Assembly: GCA_050015935.1 (NCBI GenBank)
Contig: JBEKAL010000001.1
Span: 7,679-71,678, forward strand
DNA from: Roseiarcus sp.
Lineage (GTDB): Bacteria; Pseudomonadota; Alphaproteobacteria; Rhizobiales; Beijerinckiaceae
Reading direction: 5' to 3'
Length of the DNA: 64,000 nt
A program made the translations under genes and the position numbers. Under the pieces are notes generated by a model that was given only the letters and a program-made list of their open reading frames with translations, did not search any database and was not told the DNA's origin. Shown here piece by piece: positions 8,768 through 17,796 of this stretch. The stretch's first letter is position 1. Every line of letters starts with the position of its first letter.

Positions 8768-10569
8768 GAGGCCACCGGCTGGATGCAGTCGGAGGGGCAC
8801 ACCTGCGCGCACAGCGTGCAGCCGATGCAGGTTCCCTGATCGATCTCAACCTTGTGGCGCCCTTCGTGCCATTCACCGGACCAGACGATCGCGGGGCAGC
8901 CGAGATTCATGCAGGACTGGCAGGCGACGCAGCCCGCCGGCGCGACCGCGAGCGGCGAGCCCTTGATCTTCACGGGATCGAGCACGCAGGGGCGCTCGGA
9001 GATCACCACCGAGACGCCCTTGTGGCCGATCGCCTCGCGCAACGTTTGGTACATATGGCCGACTTCGTATGGGTCGACCCTCATGACCCAGTCGACGCCG
9101 ACGGCGCGGCAAATCGCTTCGTAATCGACCTTGTGAGTCGGTTCGCCGCGCAACGTGCGGCCGGTGCCCGGATGGTCCTGGCCGCCGGTCATCGCCGTAA
9201 TCGAATTGTCGAGAATGACGACGGTGATGTCGGCCTTGTTGTAGACGGCGTCGATGAGCGGCGGGATGCCCGAATGCAGAAACGTCGAATCGCCGATCGT
9301 CGCCACGACCGGCTTTTTTTCGCCGGCGGCCGCCATGCCGACGGCGTTGGCGATGCTCGCGCCCATGCACACGGTGGTGTCGATCGAGCGCAACGGCTCC
9401 ACCGCCGCGAGCGTATAGCAGCCGATGTCGCCCGCGACTCGCGCCTCGAGGCCGCGCAACGCCAGATAGGTCGCCGTGTGCGGGCAGCCCGGACACAGCA
9501 CGGGCGGCCGCGCCATCGGTTCGATGTCGAGCGAAATGGGCGCCGGCGCGGCTTCCGCGACTCCCGCGGTCGCGAGGCCGGCGCGCACGAGTTCAGGCGA
9601 CAGCTCGCCGAAGCGCGGAAAATGCTCCTTGCCTTCCGCTGCGAGTCCCATCGCGCGAATTTCCTTTTCCAGCGCCGGCTCGAGTTCCTCCACGACCAGC
9701 AGGCGGTCGACGGACTTGGCAAAATCGCGAATGACCCCTTCGGGCAGCGGATAGGCCGCGCCGAGCTTCAAGATCGAGGCGTTCGGAGCGACCTCTTTGA
9801 CATAGAGATAGGCCGTCGAGCCGGTGACGATGCCGAAACGGGAGTCGCCCCTTTCCCATCGGGTCAGCGGCGAGGTTTCGAGGTAGCGGGCGATCTTGGC
9901 CTCGCGCTCGATGACCTTGGGATGCAGGCGGCGCGCGTTGGCCGGAATGGTCACGGTCCTGTTCGGCTCGTCGACAAAGCCCCTGGCGGCCACGGCCTTG
10001 CGCGGGCCGACGCGCACGGCGCTGCGCGTATGCGAAAGGCGGGTGGTCGAGCGCACGATCACCGGCGTGCCGAAGGCCTCGGAAATTTCGAAGGCGAGCT
10101 TGGTGAAATCGTGAGCCTCCTGCGCGTCGGACGGCTCGAGAACCGGCACGCCGGCGAAGCGCGCGAACAGGCGCGTGTCCTGCTCGTTCTGCGAGGAATG
10201 AAGGCCCGGGTCGTCGCACACGACGAGCACTAGGCCGGCGTGCGCGCCGATGTACGACAGCGACATCAAGGAATCGCCGGCCACGTTGAGGCCGACGTGC
10301 TTCATCGCGGCCAAGGCGCGAACGCCGGAAAGGGCGGCGCCGAACGCCACGTCGAGCGCCACTTTCTCGTTGGTCGACCATTCCGCATAGACCTCGCTCG
10401 CGGGATAGCCGCTTAGGGTCTCGAGGATTTCGGTCGACGGCGTGCCGGGATAAGCCGCGGCGACGCTGACGCCCGCTTCCCAGGCGCCGCGCGCGATCGC
10501 TTCGTTGCCCATCAGCGGCAAGATCTCCGTCGCCGCTTCGGGTTTTACGATCCGGACTCGTTGGTTCAT
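8764..10569 (-). CDS. iorA: indolepyruvate:ferredoxin oxidoreductase alpha subunit
   Basis: 601 aa. LMGNEAIARGAWEAGV..AAYPGTPSTEI, TPP motif GDSTFLHSG, C-terminal CVACQSC...CP and CIGCTLCAQVCP clusters. Confidence 0.9.
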   Translation of the reverse strand: MNQRVRIVKPEAATEILPLMGNEAIARGAWEAGVSVAAAYPGTPSTEILETLSGYPASEVYAEWSTNEKVALDVAFGAALSGVRALAAMKHVGLNVAGDSLMSLSYIGAHAGLVLVVCDDPGLHSSQNEQDTRLFARFAGVPVLEPSDAQEAHDFTKLAFEISEAFGTPVIVRSTTRLSHTRSAVRVGPRKAVAARGFVDEPNRTVTIPANARRLHPKVIEREAKIARYLETSPLTRWERGDSRFGIVTGSTAYLYVKEVAPNASILKLGAAYPLPEGVIRDFAKSVDRLLVVEELEPALEKEIRAMGLAAEGKEHFPRFGELSPELVRAGLATAGVAEAAPAPISLDIEPMARPPVLCPGCPHTATYLALRGLEARVAGDIGCYTLAAVEPLRSIDTTVCMGASIANAVGMAAAGEKKPVVATIGDSTFLHSGIPPLIDAVYNKADITVVILDNSITAMTGGQDHPGTGRTLRGEPTHKVDYEAICRAVGVDWVMRVDPYEVGHMYQTLREAIGHKGVSVVISERPCVLDPVKIKGSPLAVAPAGCVACQSCMNLGCPAIVWSGEWHEGRHKVEIDQGTCIGCTLCAQVCPSDCIQPVAS

Positions 10570-10869
10570 CGCGGCCTCGATGTTCTCAAGCGCCCTGGTC
10601 TTTGCGCCACTTTTATGCCGCCGCGCAATGAGATTTCGCGCCGTAGCGAACGAAAAACTCCGGGCGACGATGCTTTCTCGTCCCGGCGACGACCCTACGG
10701 CGTCGGGCGGAGGCTGCCCAATTCATTGTCGCCGCAAATTGACATCGGTCAAAAACAACCGACGGCGACGCGCTAACGCCAACCTATTGACCGCCGCCGA
10801 AGTCGCGAGGAGCGGCGGAAGGGCTGCGCCCGCCGGCGATAAGGGTTGCGGAAGGTGGGGAGCCTCGTG

Positions 10870-12177
10870 ATGGGCCAAGATTCGCAACCGAACGGGCTGG
10901 AGCCCATCGAAACAGCCTCGCAGGACGAACTGACCGCTCTGCAGACGGCGCGTCTACAGTGGACGCTGAGCCGCGTCTACGAGAAAGTTCCCTATTATCG
11001 GGCCAAATTCGACGCCGCCGGCGTGCATCCGAGCGACCTGAAGAGCTTATCGGATCTGGCGAAGTTCCCCTTCACCACCAAACAGGACCTGCGCGAGAAT
11101 TATCCCTTCGGCCTCCTGGCGATGCCGCAGGAGCAAATTGCGCGCGTTCACGCGTCCTCGGGCACGACCGGGCGTCCGACGGTGGGCGTCTATTCCAAGC
11201 GCGATCTCGACATGTGGGCGGACGTCATGGCGCGCTCGATGCGGGCGGCCGGCTGCCGGCCCGGCATGATGGTCCACAACGCCTATGGCTATGGCTTGTT
11301 CACCGGCGGCCTCGGCGCCCATGACGGCGCCGAGCGGCTGGGCTGTACGGTGGTGCCGGTGTCCGGCGGCATGACCGAGCGTCAGGCGCAGCTCATCGCC
11401 GACTTCAAGCCGGACGTCGTGATGTCGACGCCTTCCTACATGCTGGCCATTCTCGACGAGATGCGACGCTCGGGCGTCAACCCGCGCGAGTGCAGCCTCA
11501 AGATCGGCATATTTGGCGCCGAGCCCTGGACCAACGCCATGCGCCAGGAGCTGGAGAGCGAGCTCGACATCGACGCGCTCGACATTTACGGCCTGACGGA
11601 AGTGATCGGTCCGGGCGTCGCCAGCGAATGCGTGGAGACCAAGGACGGCCCGACCGTGTGGGAGGACCATTTCTACCCCGAGATCGTCGATCCCGTGACC
11701 GGCGCGCTCCTCGCCGACGGCGAGCACGGCGAACTCGTGCTGACCTCGCTGACCAAGGAGGCGATGCCGATCGTCCGCTACCGCACGCGCGACCTGTCCC
11801 GCCTGCTGCCGGGAACCGCCCGCGTCATGCGCAGGATGGAGAAGATCAGCGGCCGCTCGGACGACATGATCATCCTGCGCGGCGTCAACGTGTTCCCGAG
11901 CCAAATCGAGGAGCAGATCCTCAAGTGCCGGGGCCTCGCGCCGCATTACGTCATCGAACTCGGCCGCGACGGCCGGCTCGACACCATGAGCGTCCTGGTC
12001 GAGGCGCGCCCCGACGCGGTCGACGCGGCGGCGCGCGCGCAGCAGTCCAAGGAGCTGATCCACCACGTCAAGGCGGTGGTCGGCGTGACGGTGCGCGTCA
12101 ACGTAGTCGATCCCGGCGTCATCGATCGCTCGAACGGCAAGGCCAAGCGCGTGCTGGACATGCGGCCCAAGGACTAG
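10870..12177 (+). CDS. paaK: phenylacetate-CoA ligase family (PaaK-like adenylate-forming enzyme)
   Basis: VPYYRAKFDAAGVHPSDLKSLSDLAKFPFTTKQDLRENYPFGLLA and SSGTTGRPTV AMP-binding motif. Divergent from the ior operon. Confidence 0.9.
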   Translation: MGQDSQPNGLEPIETASQDELTALQTARLQWTLSRVYEKVPYYRAKFDAAGVHPSDLKSLSDLAKFPFTTKQDLRENYPFGLLAMPQEQIARVHASSGTTGRPTVGVYSKRDLDMWADVMARSMRAAGCRPGMMVHNAYGYGLFTGGLGAHDGAERLGCTVVPVSGGMTERQAQLIADFKPDVVMSTPSYMLAILDEMRRSGVNPRECSLKIGIFGAEPWTNAMRQELESELDIDALDIYGLTEVIGPGVASECVETKDGPTVWEDHFYPEIVDPVTGALLADGEHGELVLTSLTKEAMPIVRYRTRDLSRLLPGTARVMRRMEKISGRSDDMIILRGVNVFPSQIEEQILKCRGLAPHYVIELGRDGRLDTMSVLVEARPDAVDAAARAQQSKELIHHVKAVVGVTVRVNVVDPGVIDRSNGKAKRVLDMRPKD

Positions 12178-12187
12178 CGAGCGCATC

Positions 12188-12213
12188 CCTTCTCCCCGCG
12201 CGCGGGGAGAAGG
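12188..12213 (+). terminator. perfect GC-rich palindrome just after the paaK stop (terminator-like)
   Basis: ccttctccccgcg / cgcggggagaagg, 13+13 nt perfect inverted repeat starting 11 nt after the stop. No obvious T-tract. Confidence 0.4.
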
Positions 12214-12402
12214 TTAGCATGAGGGGCGAGGCGATGTGCCGCAACGTCGCGGCCAGCGACCCGGCCCCTTGCATGTTCGCTTTGGCCGAATCTGCGAAGA
12301 TTTCGAGCTGACGCTCGGAAGATGCGGATATACGGGGAAATTTACGGGGCCAGGACGCATTGCATCATTGGCGGCGCCAGCTTGACAGCGAGCGCCGTCT
12401 TT

Positions 12403-12563
12403 CCTCATGGAAGCCTCTTGTTTCCGAGGTTTTGACGCTGTCAATGGCGCGCGCATAGCCCGTCGAAAGACGGGCGTCTGTCGACGCCCTATGCGCGCGC
12501 CGCCTTCGGCGGTCGAAGACCGTTGACAGCGTCAAAACTTCGGAAGTTCATGCTTCCATGAGG
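12403..12563. repeat. 161-bp nested palindromic element (MITE-like or structured-RNA-like)
   Basis: The roughly 41-nt terminal arms are inverted copies: cctcatggaagc...ttccgaggttttgacgctgtcaa versus ttgacagcgtcaaaacttcggaa...gcttccatgagg. Inside lie ggcgcgcgcatag/ctatgcgcgcgcc plus small hairpins cccgtc-gaaa-gacggg and ggcgtc-tgtc-gacgcc. Confidence 0.5.
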
Positions 12564-12685
12564 TCGACGGCGTGGTGTGCGTCGGCGAGAGGCGGAGCGG
12601 CTCCAGTCGCGAAAGGTTGGCGCCGACTGCGGATGATCGCGAAATTGCGTAGTTCGTATGCTCTCCCCGTAATCAATTTGGCAGT

Positions 12686-13561
12686 CTAGCGGCTATGCTT
12701 TGCATTATCACGCTGGATGTTGTTCATCTCCCAGCGTGCGTTATCAAGCGTGCCATCGGGCATAATGTAGTGAATTGGCCGCGCTCTGATTACCTCAAAT
12801 CCCGCGATAGCCTCGCCCTCCTTCCCGGAAACGTTCGGGCCGCCGAATATGACTCCGGCAGGCATATACGATCTAATTAAATTGGTCTCGACGATTGTGA
12901 TAACGGGGCCGCCGCTCATACCTCCGAAGTTGAAGTTTTCGGGCGGTGTCGAGTCGCCAAAAGCGAGGACGAACATGTCGCGCTCAAGCTGGATAGATAG
13001 CCCGTCCTCGTGCACGCTCGTGGCTGCGCCAGTTGCGGCGATGACTCCAAAGCTGATTTGGCGAGGAGCCAAAACGCGACGCTCTTTGCCTGGAAATCCT
13101 GCGTAAGCGACTCCTCTACCTCGGAGGGGGAGAATGGGGGGCCACTCCTTTTGGTATCCGGTCAGAATGGAATGGCCTACCTGTTTCACCTCGTCCTCAG
13201 AAAACCGAAACGTCGCGATATCAAGGTCAGGGTTGCCATCGATAATTCGTTCATTGAGTTTGATCTCGATTACGCGGCCCTCGCCGCCGACGAAACAGCC
13301 TACGAAGGCGTCTGATTGGCAATCGTGGAAACATTCAGTGACGACATGCGCTGCGGTGACTCCGAATACGCCTTGACCCGCGTCAAGAAAGAAGGTGGTG
13401 CCGTTCTTAAGGAATTCGCCTTCGTCGGTCCGCAATACCCAGAATATCGGCGCTGCAAACAAGGCGACAAGCTCGACTTCCGCCTTCCTAAGGCCGGCGG
13501 CGACAAGGCGCTTGGCTTCCTCCCTAGTTTCTTCGCTTGGCGCAGCGCCGAGGGGGATCAT
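12686..13561 (-). CDS. trypsin-like (chymotrypsin-fold, S1-type) serine peptidase, no obvious signal peptide
   Basis: His motif GVTAAHVV, Asp candidate NPDLDIATF, Ser motif GGMSGGPV. GGAG RBS 8 nt upstream of ATG. GC visibly lower (about 50%) than the surroundings. Confidence 0.75.
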   Translation of the reverse strand: MIPLGAAPSEETREEAKRLVAAGLRKAEVELVALFAAPIFWVLRTDEGEFLKNGTTFFLDAGQGVFGVTAAHVVTECFHDCQSDAFVGCFVGGEGRVIEIKLNERIIDGNPDLDIATFRFSEDEVKQVGHSILTGYQKEWPPILPLRGRGVAYAGFPGKERRVLAPRQISFGVIAATGAATSVHEDGLSIQLERDMFVLAFGDSTPPENFNFGGMSGGPVITIVETNLIRSYMPAGVIFGGPNVSGKEGEAIAGFEVIRARPIHYIMPDGTLDNARWEMNNIQRDNAKHSR

Positions 13562-13622
13562 TCGCTAGCTCCGATTACGGGACCCCTAGGGGTATAGTGA
13601 CAGCTTGCCTACCCCAAGTCCC

Positions 13623-14528
13623 TTACGCCGCCGTCGTCGCGCCAAGCCCCAGTTGCTCCAGCGCCAGCGCGAGCTGCCGATAGATCGGCGCCGGGGCGAT
13701 CGCGCGCGGCGGCATGTGGCCCTCGGCTTCCGCCGCCTGGGCGAGCCGCAACAGCACGCCTTTGGCGTCGGCCTCGGGAATGCCGACCTTGGCGCCGCGG
13801 TAATTGCTGAGCATCGCCTCGATCGCCTTCGGCAGGCGCTTGGCGTCGATCTCGCCGCTCGCGAGCCGATAGGGCAGCTTCCACGTCGCCGGCCGGCTGG
13901 CGTCGGGCGCGTAGGCGAAACATTGCGCCGGCAGTTTGTACTTGGGGTGAAGAAGCGCCTCGGCGCCCGCGGCGTCGCCGGCCGCGGCGGGCCGCTCCTC
14001 GGGCGCGATCGGCGCGTCGATCGCCGGCGCGTCGCACGGGCGATAGACGCCGTGGACGCTGAGCCACCACAGGCTCCGTGGCGGCGGAGCGGCCGCAAGG
14101 TCGACGAGAACGCGATCCGTCAGTCCTCCCGCGGCGATGTCGGCGGCGTAGAGGAAACGGCCGTCCGTCGCGGCGACCGTCCGGATCTTCTGTTCGTCGG
14201 CGTAGCGCTGCGCCTGCGCGACGGCGGCGTCCAAGGCGCGCCGGCCCGGCCACAACGCGCCCGGCCGCTTCACTTCGACGACCAGGTACTTGAGAAGGTT
14301 GCGGGTGATGACGATGTCGGCGTAGCCGACCTGGTACATGAGGTCGCCCTTCTCCCAATCGAGGACCTCGGTGAACAGGTCCTCGACGATGGCCTCGGCG
14401 ACCTTCTCGCTCTCGTTTCCGTGCCGCAGACGATCCGCGTGCGTCGCCCGGAACGCCGGCCACGCCGCTTCGATCCGCTCGATGCAGCGCCGATAGGATG
14501 CGAGCGATTGAACGGCTTGGGGTTCCAT
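13623..14528 (-). CDS. hypothetical protein with N-terminal PD-(D/E)xK / HsdR_N-like nuclease-fold motif
   Basis: GYADIVITRNLLKYLVVEVKRPG matches the D...(E)xK pattern of restriction-endonuclease-like HSDR_N domains. The C-terminal 150 aa are unassigned. Balanced amino-acid composition, unlike the overlapping alternative frames. Confidence 0.55.
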   Translation of the reverse strand: MEPQAVQSLASYRRCIERIEAAWPAFRATHADRLRHGNESEKVAEAIVEDLFTEVLDWEKGDLMYQVGYADIVITRNLLKYLVVEVKRPGALWPGRRALDAAVAQAQRYADEQKIRTVAATDGRFLYAADIAAGGLTDRVLVDLAAAPPPRSLWWLSVHGVYRPCDAPAIDAPIAPEERPAAAGDAAGAEALLHPKYKLPAQCFAYAPDASRPATWKLPYRLASGEIDAKRLPKAIEAMLSNYRGAKVGIPEADAKGVLLRLAQAAEAEGHMPPRAIAPAPIYRQLALALEQLGLGATTAA

Positions 14529-14709
14529 GGCCCGATCGCGCCCCGCAGTCCGACGGTGAAGCGCCGTGACCGCCGGGAATCACGGCGGCGGCCAACTTAC
14601 CCCGTTATTGCCCGCCGTTGAACTCGAAATGGGGCTTACGCCAACTCCGGTTGAGAGCGCAATTCAATGACCAATTACGCCAATTGCCAATTAGGCCGAG
14701 CGAGGCGCG

Positions 14710-15177
14710 TCACGATCGATCGGCGGCGCGCCAGCGCGCCGCCGCGCGATCGTCGCTCGCCTCGGCTTCGACCCATGGCTCGAGCGCGCCGTCGCGCAAG
14801 CGCGCGCGCTTCCAGAACGGCGCCTGGGTCTTGAGATAGTCCATCAGCATTTCCGCCGCTTCGAAGGCGTGGCGGCGGCGCGCGGCGGCGACGGCGACGA
14901 GGACGATCCGCGCACCGGGCGCCAGCGTTCCATAGCGGTGGATCGCGGTGACGCCGAGGAGCGGCCAGCGCGCTTCGGCCGCGGCGACGACGCGCGCGAT
15001 CTCGGCCTCGGCCATCCCGGGATAATGCTCGATCTCGAGGGCCGCCAGACGCCCGCCCTCGTCGCGACAGAGGCCGACGAAGACCACCACCGCGCCGACG
15101 TCGACGCGCCCGGCGACGAGCGCGCGCGCCTCGGCCGCGGCGTCGAAATCTTGCGATTGGACGCGCGCGTTGCCCAT
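14710..15177 (-). CDS. moaE: molybdopterin synthase catalytic subunit
   Basis: GAVVVFVGLCRDE...LEIEHYPGMAE...HRYG.L..G...V.V ... YLKTQAPFWK, MoaE family. Confidence 0.9.
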   Translation of the reverse strand: MGNARVQSQDFDAAAEARALVAGRVDVGAVVVFVGLCRDEGGRLAALEIEHYPGMAEAEIARVVAAAEARWPLLGVTAIHRYGTLAPGARIVLVAVAAARRRHAFEAAEMLMDYLKTQAPFWKRARLRDGALEPWVEAEASDDRAAARWRAADRS

Positions 15178-15181
15178 CGAC

Positions 15182-15433
15182 TCAGCCGCCCGTCATCGGC
15201 GGAAAGAACGCGATCTCGCGCGCGCCCGCGATTCTCGCGTCATGCCCGACATGGGCGCGGTCGATCGCGGCGCGGATCACGCGGGGCCGCTCGAAAGCGT
15301 GGGCGTAGCCTTCGCCGCGAGCCGACAGCCACGCGATGAGCTCGCCGACCGTGGCGACCTCGGCCGGCGGATCGAGCTCCTCCTCGTTCTTGCCCACGCG
15401 TTCGCGCACCCAGGCGAAATAGAGCGCTTTCAT
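15182..15433 (-). CDS. moaD: molybdopterin synthase sulfur-carrier subunit
   Basis: 83 aa, ubiquitin-like, ends in FFPPMTGG (C-terminal Gly-Gly). Directly upstream of moaE. Confidence 0.9.
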   Translation of the reverse strand: MKALYFAWVRERVGKNEEELDPPAEVATVGELIAWLSARGEGYAHAFERPRVIRAAIDRAHVGHDARIAGAREIAFFPPMTGG

Positions 15434-15439
15434 CGGCCC

Positions 15440-16033
15440 TCAATCGCTCCCGACATGGTCGTAACTCGCCTTCATATAATCCCAGCCGGTGTAGAGCGTC
15501 AGGATCGCCGCGATCCACAGAAGCACGATGCCGACGGTGATCGAGCCGGGCAGAACCGCTTCGCCCGCCGAGCCGGCGATGAGAAAGCCGATCGCGACCA
15601 TCTGCGCCGTCGTCTTCCATTTGGCGACCGCGGTGACGGGAACGGGCACGCGCAACTCGGCCAAATACTCGCGCAGTCCCGAGACCAGGATTTCGCGGCA
15701 GAGAATGACGATCGCCGCCCACAGCGAGGGGCCGGAAATGGCGCCGTCGGCGGTGAGCGCGAGCAACGCCGCGGCGACCAGCAATTTGTCGGCGATCGGG
15801 TCGAGCATGCGCCCGAGCGAGGATTGCTGCGCCCAGACGCGCGCGAGATAGCCGTCGAAAAAATCGGTGATCGCCGCCGCCACGTAGATCGCCAGCGCCG
15901 TCCAGCGCGCCCAGGCGACCTCCGGCCACAACAGGAAGGCGACGACGAGCGGAACCGCCGCCACCCGAGCATAAGTGAGAAGGTTCGGCAGATTCCAGTT
16001 GCGGTTGCCGACGCGTGTGGGTGTATTGGCCAT
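15440..16033 (-). CDS. pgsA: CDP-diacylglycerol--glycerol-3-phosphate 3-phosphatidyltransferase
   Basis: NLPNLLTYARV...DFFDGYLARVWAQQSSLGRMLDPIADK (CDP-alcohol phosphatidyltransferase motif). Start set at ATG 16033; more upstream in-frame starts exist (ORF extends to 16111). Confidence 0.9.
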   Translation of the reverse strand: MANTPTRVGNRNWNLPNLLTYARVAAVPLVVAFLLWPEVAWARWTALAIYVAAAITDFFDGYLARVWAQQSSLGRMLDPIADKLLVAAALLALTADGAISGPSLWAAIVILCREILVSGLREYLAELRVPVPVTAVAKWKTTAQMVAIGFLIAGSAGEAVLPGSITVGIVLLWIAAILTLYTGWDYMKASYDHVGSD

Positions 16034-16202
16034 TGGCCCGCCAAGAGACATTGAAGGCCGCCTTCCGTCAATAGACCCTTCTCGATCCTCGCGCTCGCGG
16101 CGTTTCGTCACTGGGAATATCTGGGGATGATCGCCTCGGCGACAACGGAAGCGACCCGAGTTGGTCTAATGTCGCATCCAGTCCGTTTGGGGGAGCCCCG
16201 CC

Positions 16203-16832
16203 ATGTCCAATGTCCACGTCGTCGATCATCCCCTGGTGCAGCACAAGCTGACGCTGATGCGCGACAAGACGGTCTCCACCAAGGGGTTTCGCCAGCTGCT
16301 CAACGAGATCGGCATGCTGCTGTGCTACGAAGTGACGCGCGATCTGCCGCTGGAAATGGTCGAGGTGGAGACGCCGCTGGCCAAGACGATGAAGCCGACC
16401 ATCGCCGGCAAGAAGCTGGTGTTCGCGCCGATTCTGCGCGCCGGCGTCGGGTTTCTCGACGGCATGCTTGACCTGGTGCCGAGCGCGCGGGTCGCCCATA
16501 TCGGCCTCTACCGCGACCCCAAGACGCTGAAGGCGGTCGAATATTATTTCAAGGCGCCCGTCGACGTCGCCGGTCGGCTGGTCATCGTCATGGACCCGAT
16601 GCTCGCCACCGGCAATTCCGCGGTGGCCGCGATCGACCGCTTGAAGAGCCGCGGCGTCAAGGACATCCGCTTCGTCTGCCTGCTGGCGGCCCCGGAGGGC
16701 GTCGCGCGCCTCACCAAGGTCCATCCCGACGTGGAGGTCTGGACCGCGGCGATCGACGAAAGGCTCAACGACCACGGTTATATCGTGCCGGGCCTGGGCG
16801 ACGCGGGCGACCGGATGTTCGGGACGAAGTAG
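16203..16832 (+). CDS. upp: uracil phosphoribosyltransferase
   Basis: [17 protein letters not shown]...PILRAG...[11 protein letters not shown]...[17 protein letters not shown]. Confidence 0.95.
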   Translation: MSNVHVVDHPLVQHKLTLMRDKTVSTKGFRQLLNEIGMLLCYEVTRDLPLEMVEVETPLAKTMKPTIAGKKLVFAPILRAGVGFLDGMLDLVPSARVAHIGLYRDPKTLKAVEYYFKAPVDVAGRLVIVMDPMLATGNSAVAAIDRLKSRGVKDIRFVCLLAAPEGVARLTKVHPDVEVWTAAIDERLNDHGYIVPGLGDAGDRMFGTK

Positions 16833-16935
16833 GCGCGTTTCCCGCCGGGGAGGCTCACCGGATCGCACATTTGGCCGCGCTGTCGCCAAGATGGGTGAAC
16901 TTCGTAGCGCGGAGGCGAAGGGGCGCGCGCCTTCG

Positions 16936-17796
16936 CTATTCCGCCCCCCGCTGCGTCTCGACGCGGAAGGGATGCGCGGGGTAGACGCCGAGGATGCGCA
17001 TCTCGCGCGAGAAAAACTCGAGTTCTTCGAGCGCGCGCTTGAGCGGCGGATCGTCGGGATGGCCGTCGACGTCGGCGAGGAATTGGGTCGCGGAGAATTC
17101 GCCCTCGACCATGTAGCTCTCCAACTTGGTCATGTTGACGCCGTTGGTGGCGAAGCCGCCGAGCGCCTTGTAGAGCGCGGCGGGGACGTTGCGCACGCGA
17201 AAGACGAAGGTCGTCACCAGCGGCCCGTCGTGCGCGGCCGCCCAGCGCGGCGTCTTGGAGAGGACGACGAAGCGCGTGGTGTTGTGCGCCTCGTCCTCGA
17301 CGTCGGCGGCCAGAGTCCTCAAGCCGTAGATTTCGCCCGCGAGCCGGCTCGCCAGCGCGGCGCGGGTCGGATCGCGCAACTCCGCCGCTTCGCGCGCCGA
17401 GCCGGCGGTGTCGCCGGCGACCACCGGCTTGAGCGCGTATTTGCGGATGATCTTGCGGCATTGGCCGAGCGCGTGGACGTGGCTAGTGACGCTGCGCAAG
17501 CCTTCGAGCGTCGCGCCGGGAACTCCGAGCAGTTGGAAGTGGATCGGCAAAAAGGTTTCGGCGACGATGTGCAGGCCGGAAGCGGGCAGCAGAGCATGGA
17601 TGTCGGCGACGCGGCCGGCGATCGAATTCTCGATCGGGATCATGCCGAGATCGGCCGTTTCGTCCTGCAAGGCGGCGAAGGCGTCCTCGAAAGTCGCGCA
17701 CGGCAGCGGCGTGAATTCGGGATAGTTGTCGAGGCAGGCGATGTGCGAATTGGCGCCCGGCTCGCCCTGGTAGGCGATGGTCTTGGCTTCGGTCAT
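16936..17796 (-). CDS. pheA: prephenate dehydratase
   Basis: [12 protein letters not shown]...[13 protein letters not shown]...TRFVVL plus C-terminal ACT-like region. Confidence 0.9.
   Translation of the reverse strand: MTEAKTIAYQGEPGANSHIACLDNYPEFTPLPCATFEDAFAALQDETADLGMIPIENSIAGRVADIHALLPASGLHIVAETFLPIHFQLLGVPGATLEGLRSVTSHVHALGQCRKIIRKYALKPVVAGDTAGSAREAAELRDPTRAALASRLAGEIYGLRTLAADVEDEAHNTTRFVVLSKTPRWAAAHDGPLVTTFVFRVRNVPAALYKALGGFATNGVNMTKLESYMVEGEFSATQFLADVDGHPDDPPLKRALEELEFFSREMRILGVYPAHPFRVETQRGAE

Noticed and set aside
12560-13620. Low-GC segment as a possible prophage remnant or transposon
   Set aside because: There is no integrase, transposase, tRNA or recognisable direct repeats. 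Only one gene is involved. It is kept as evidence of foreign origin within the protease finding, not called a mobile element.
13605-14621. 338-aa plus and 328-aa minus alternative frames over the nuclease-like gene
   Set aside because: Both are extremely Arg-rich. The chosen frame has balanced composition and the D...ExK motif.
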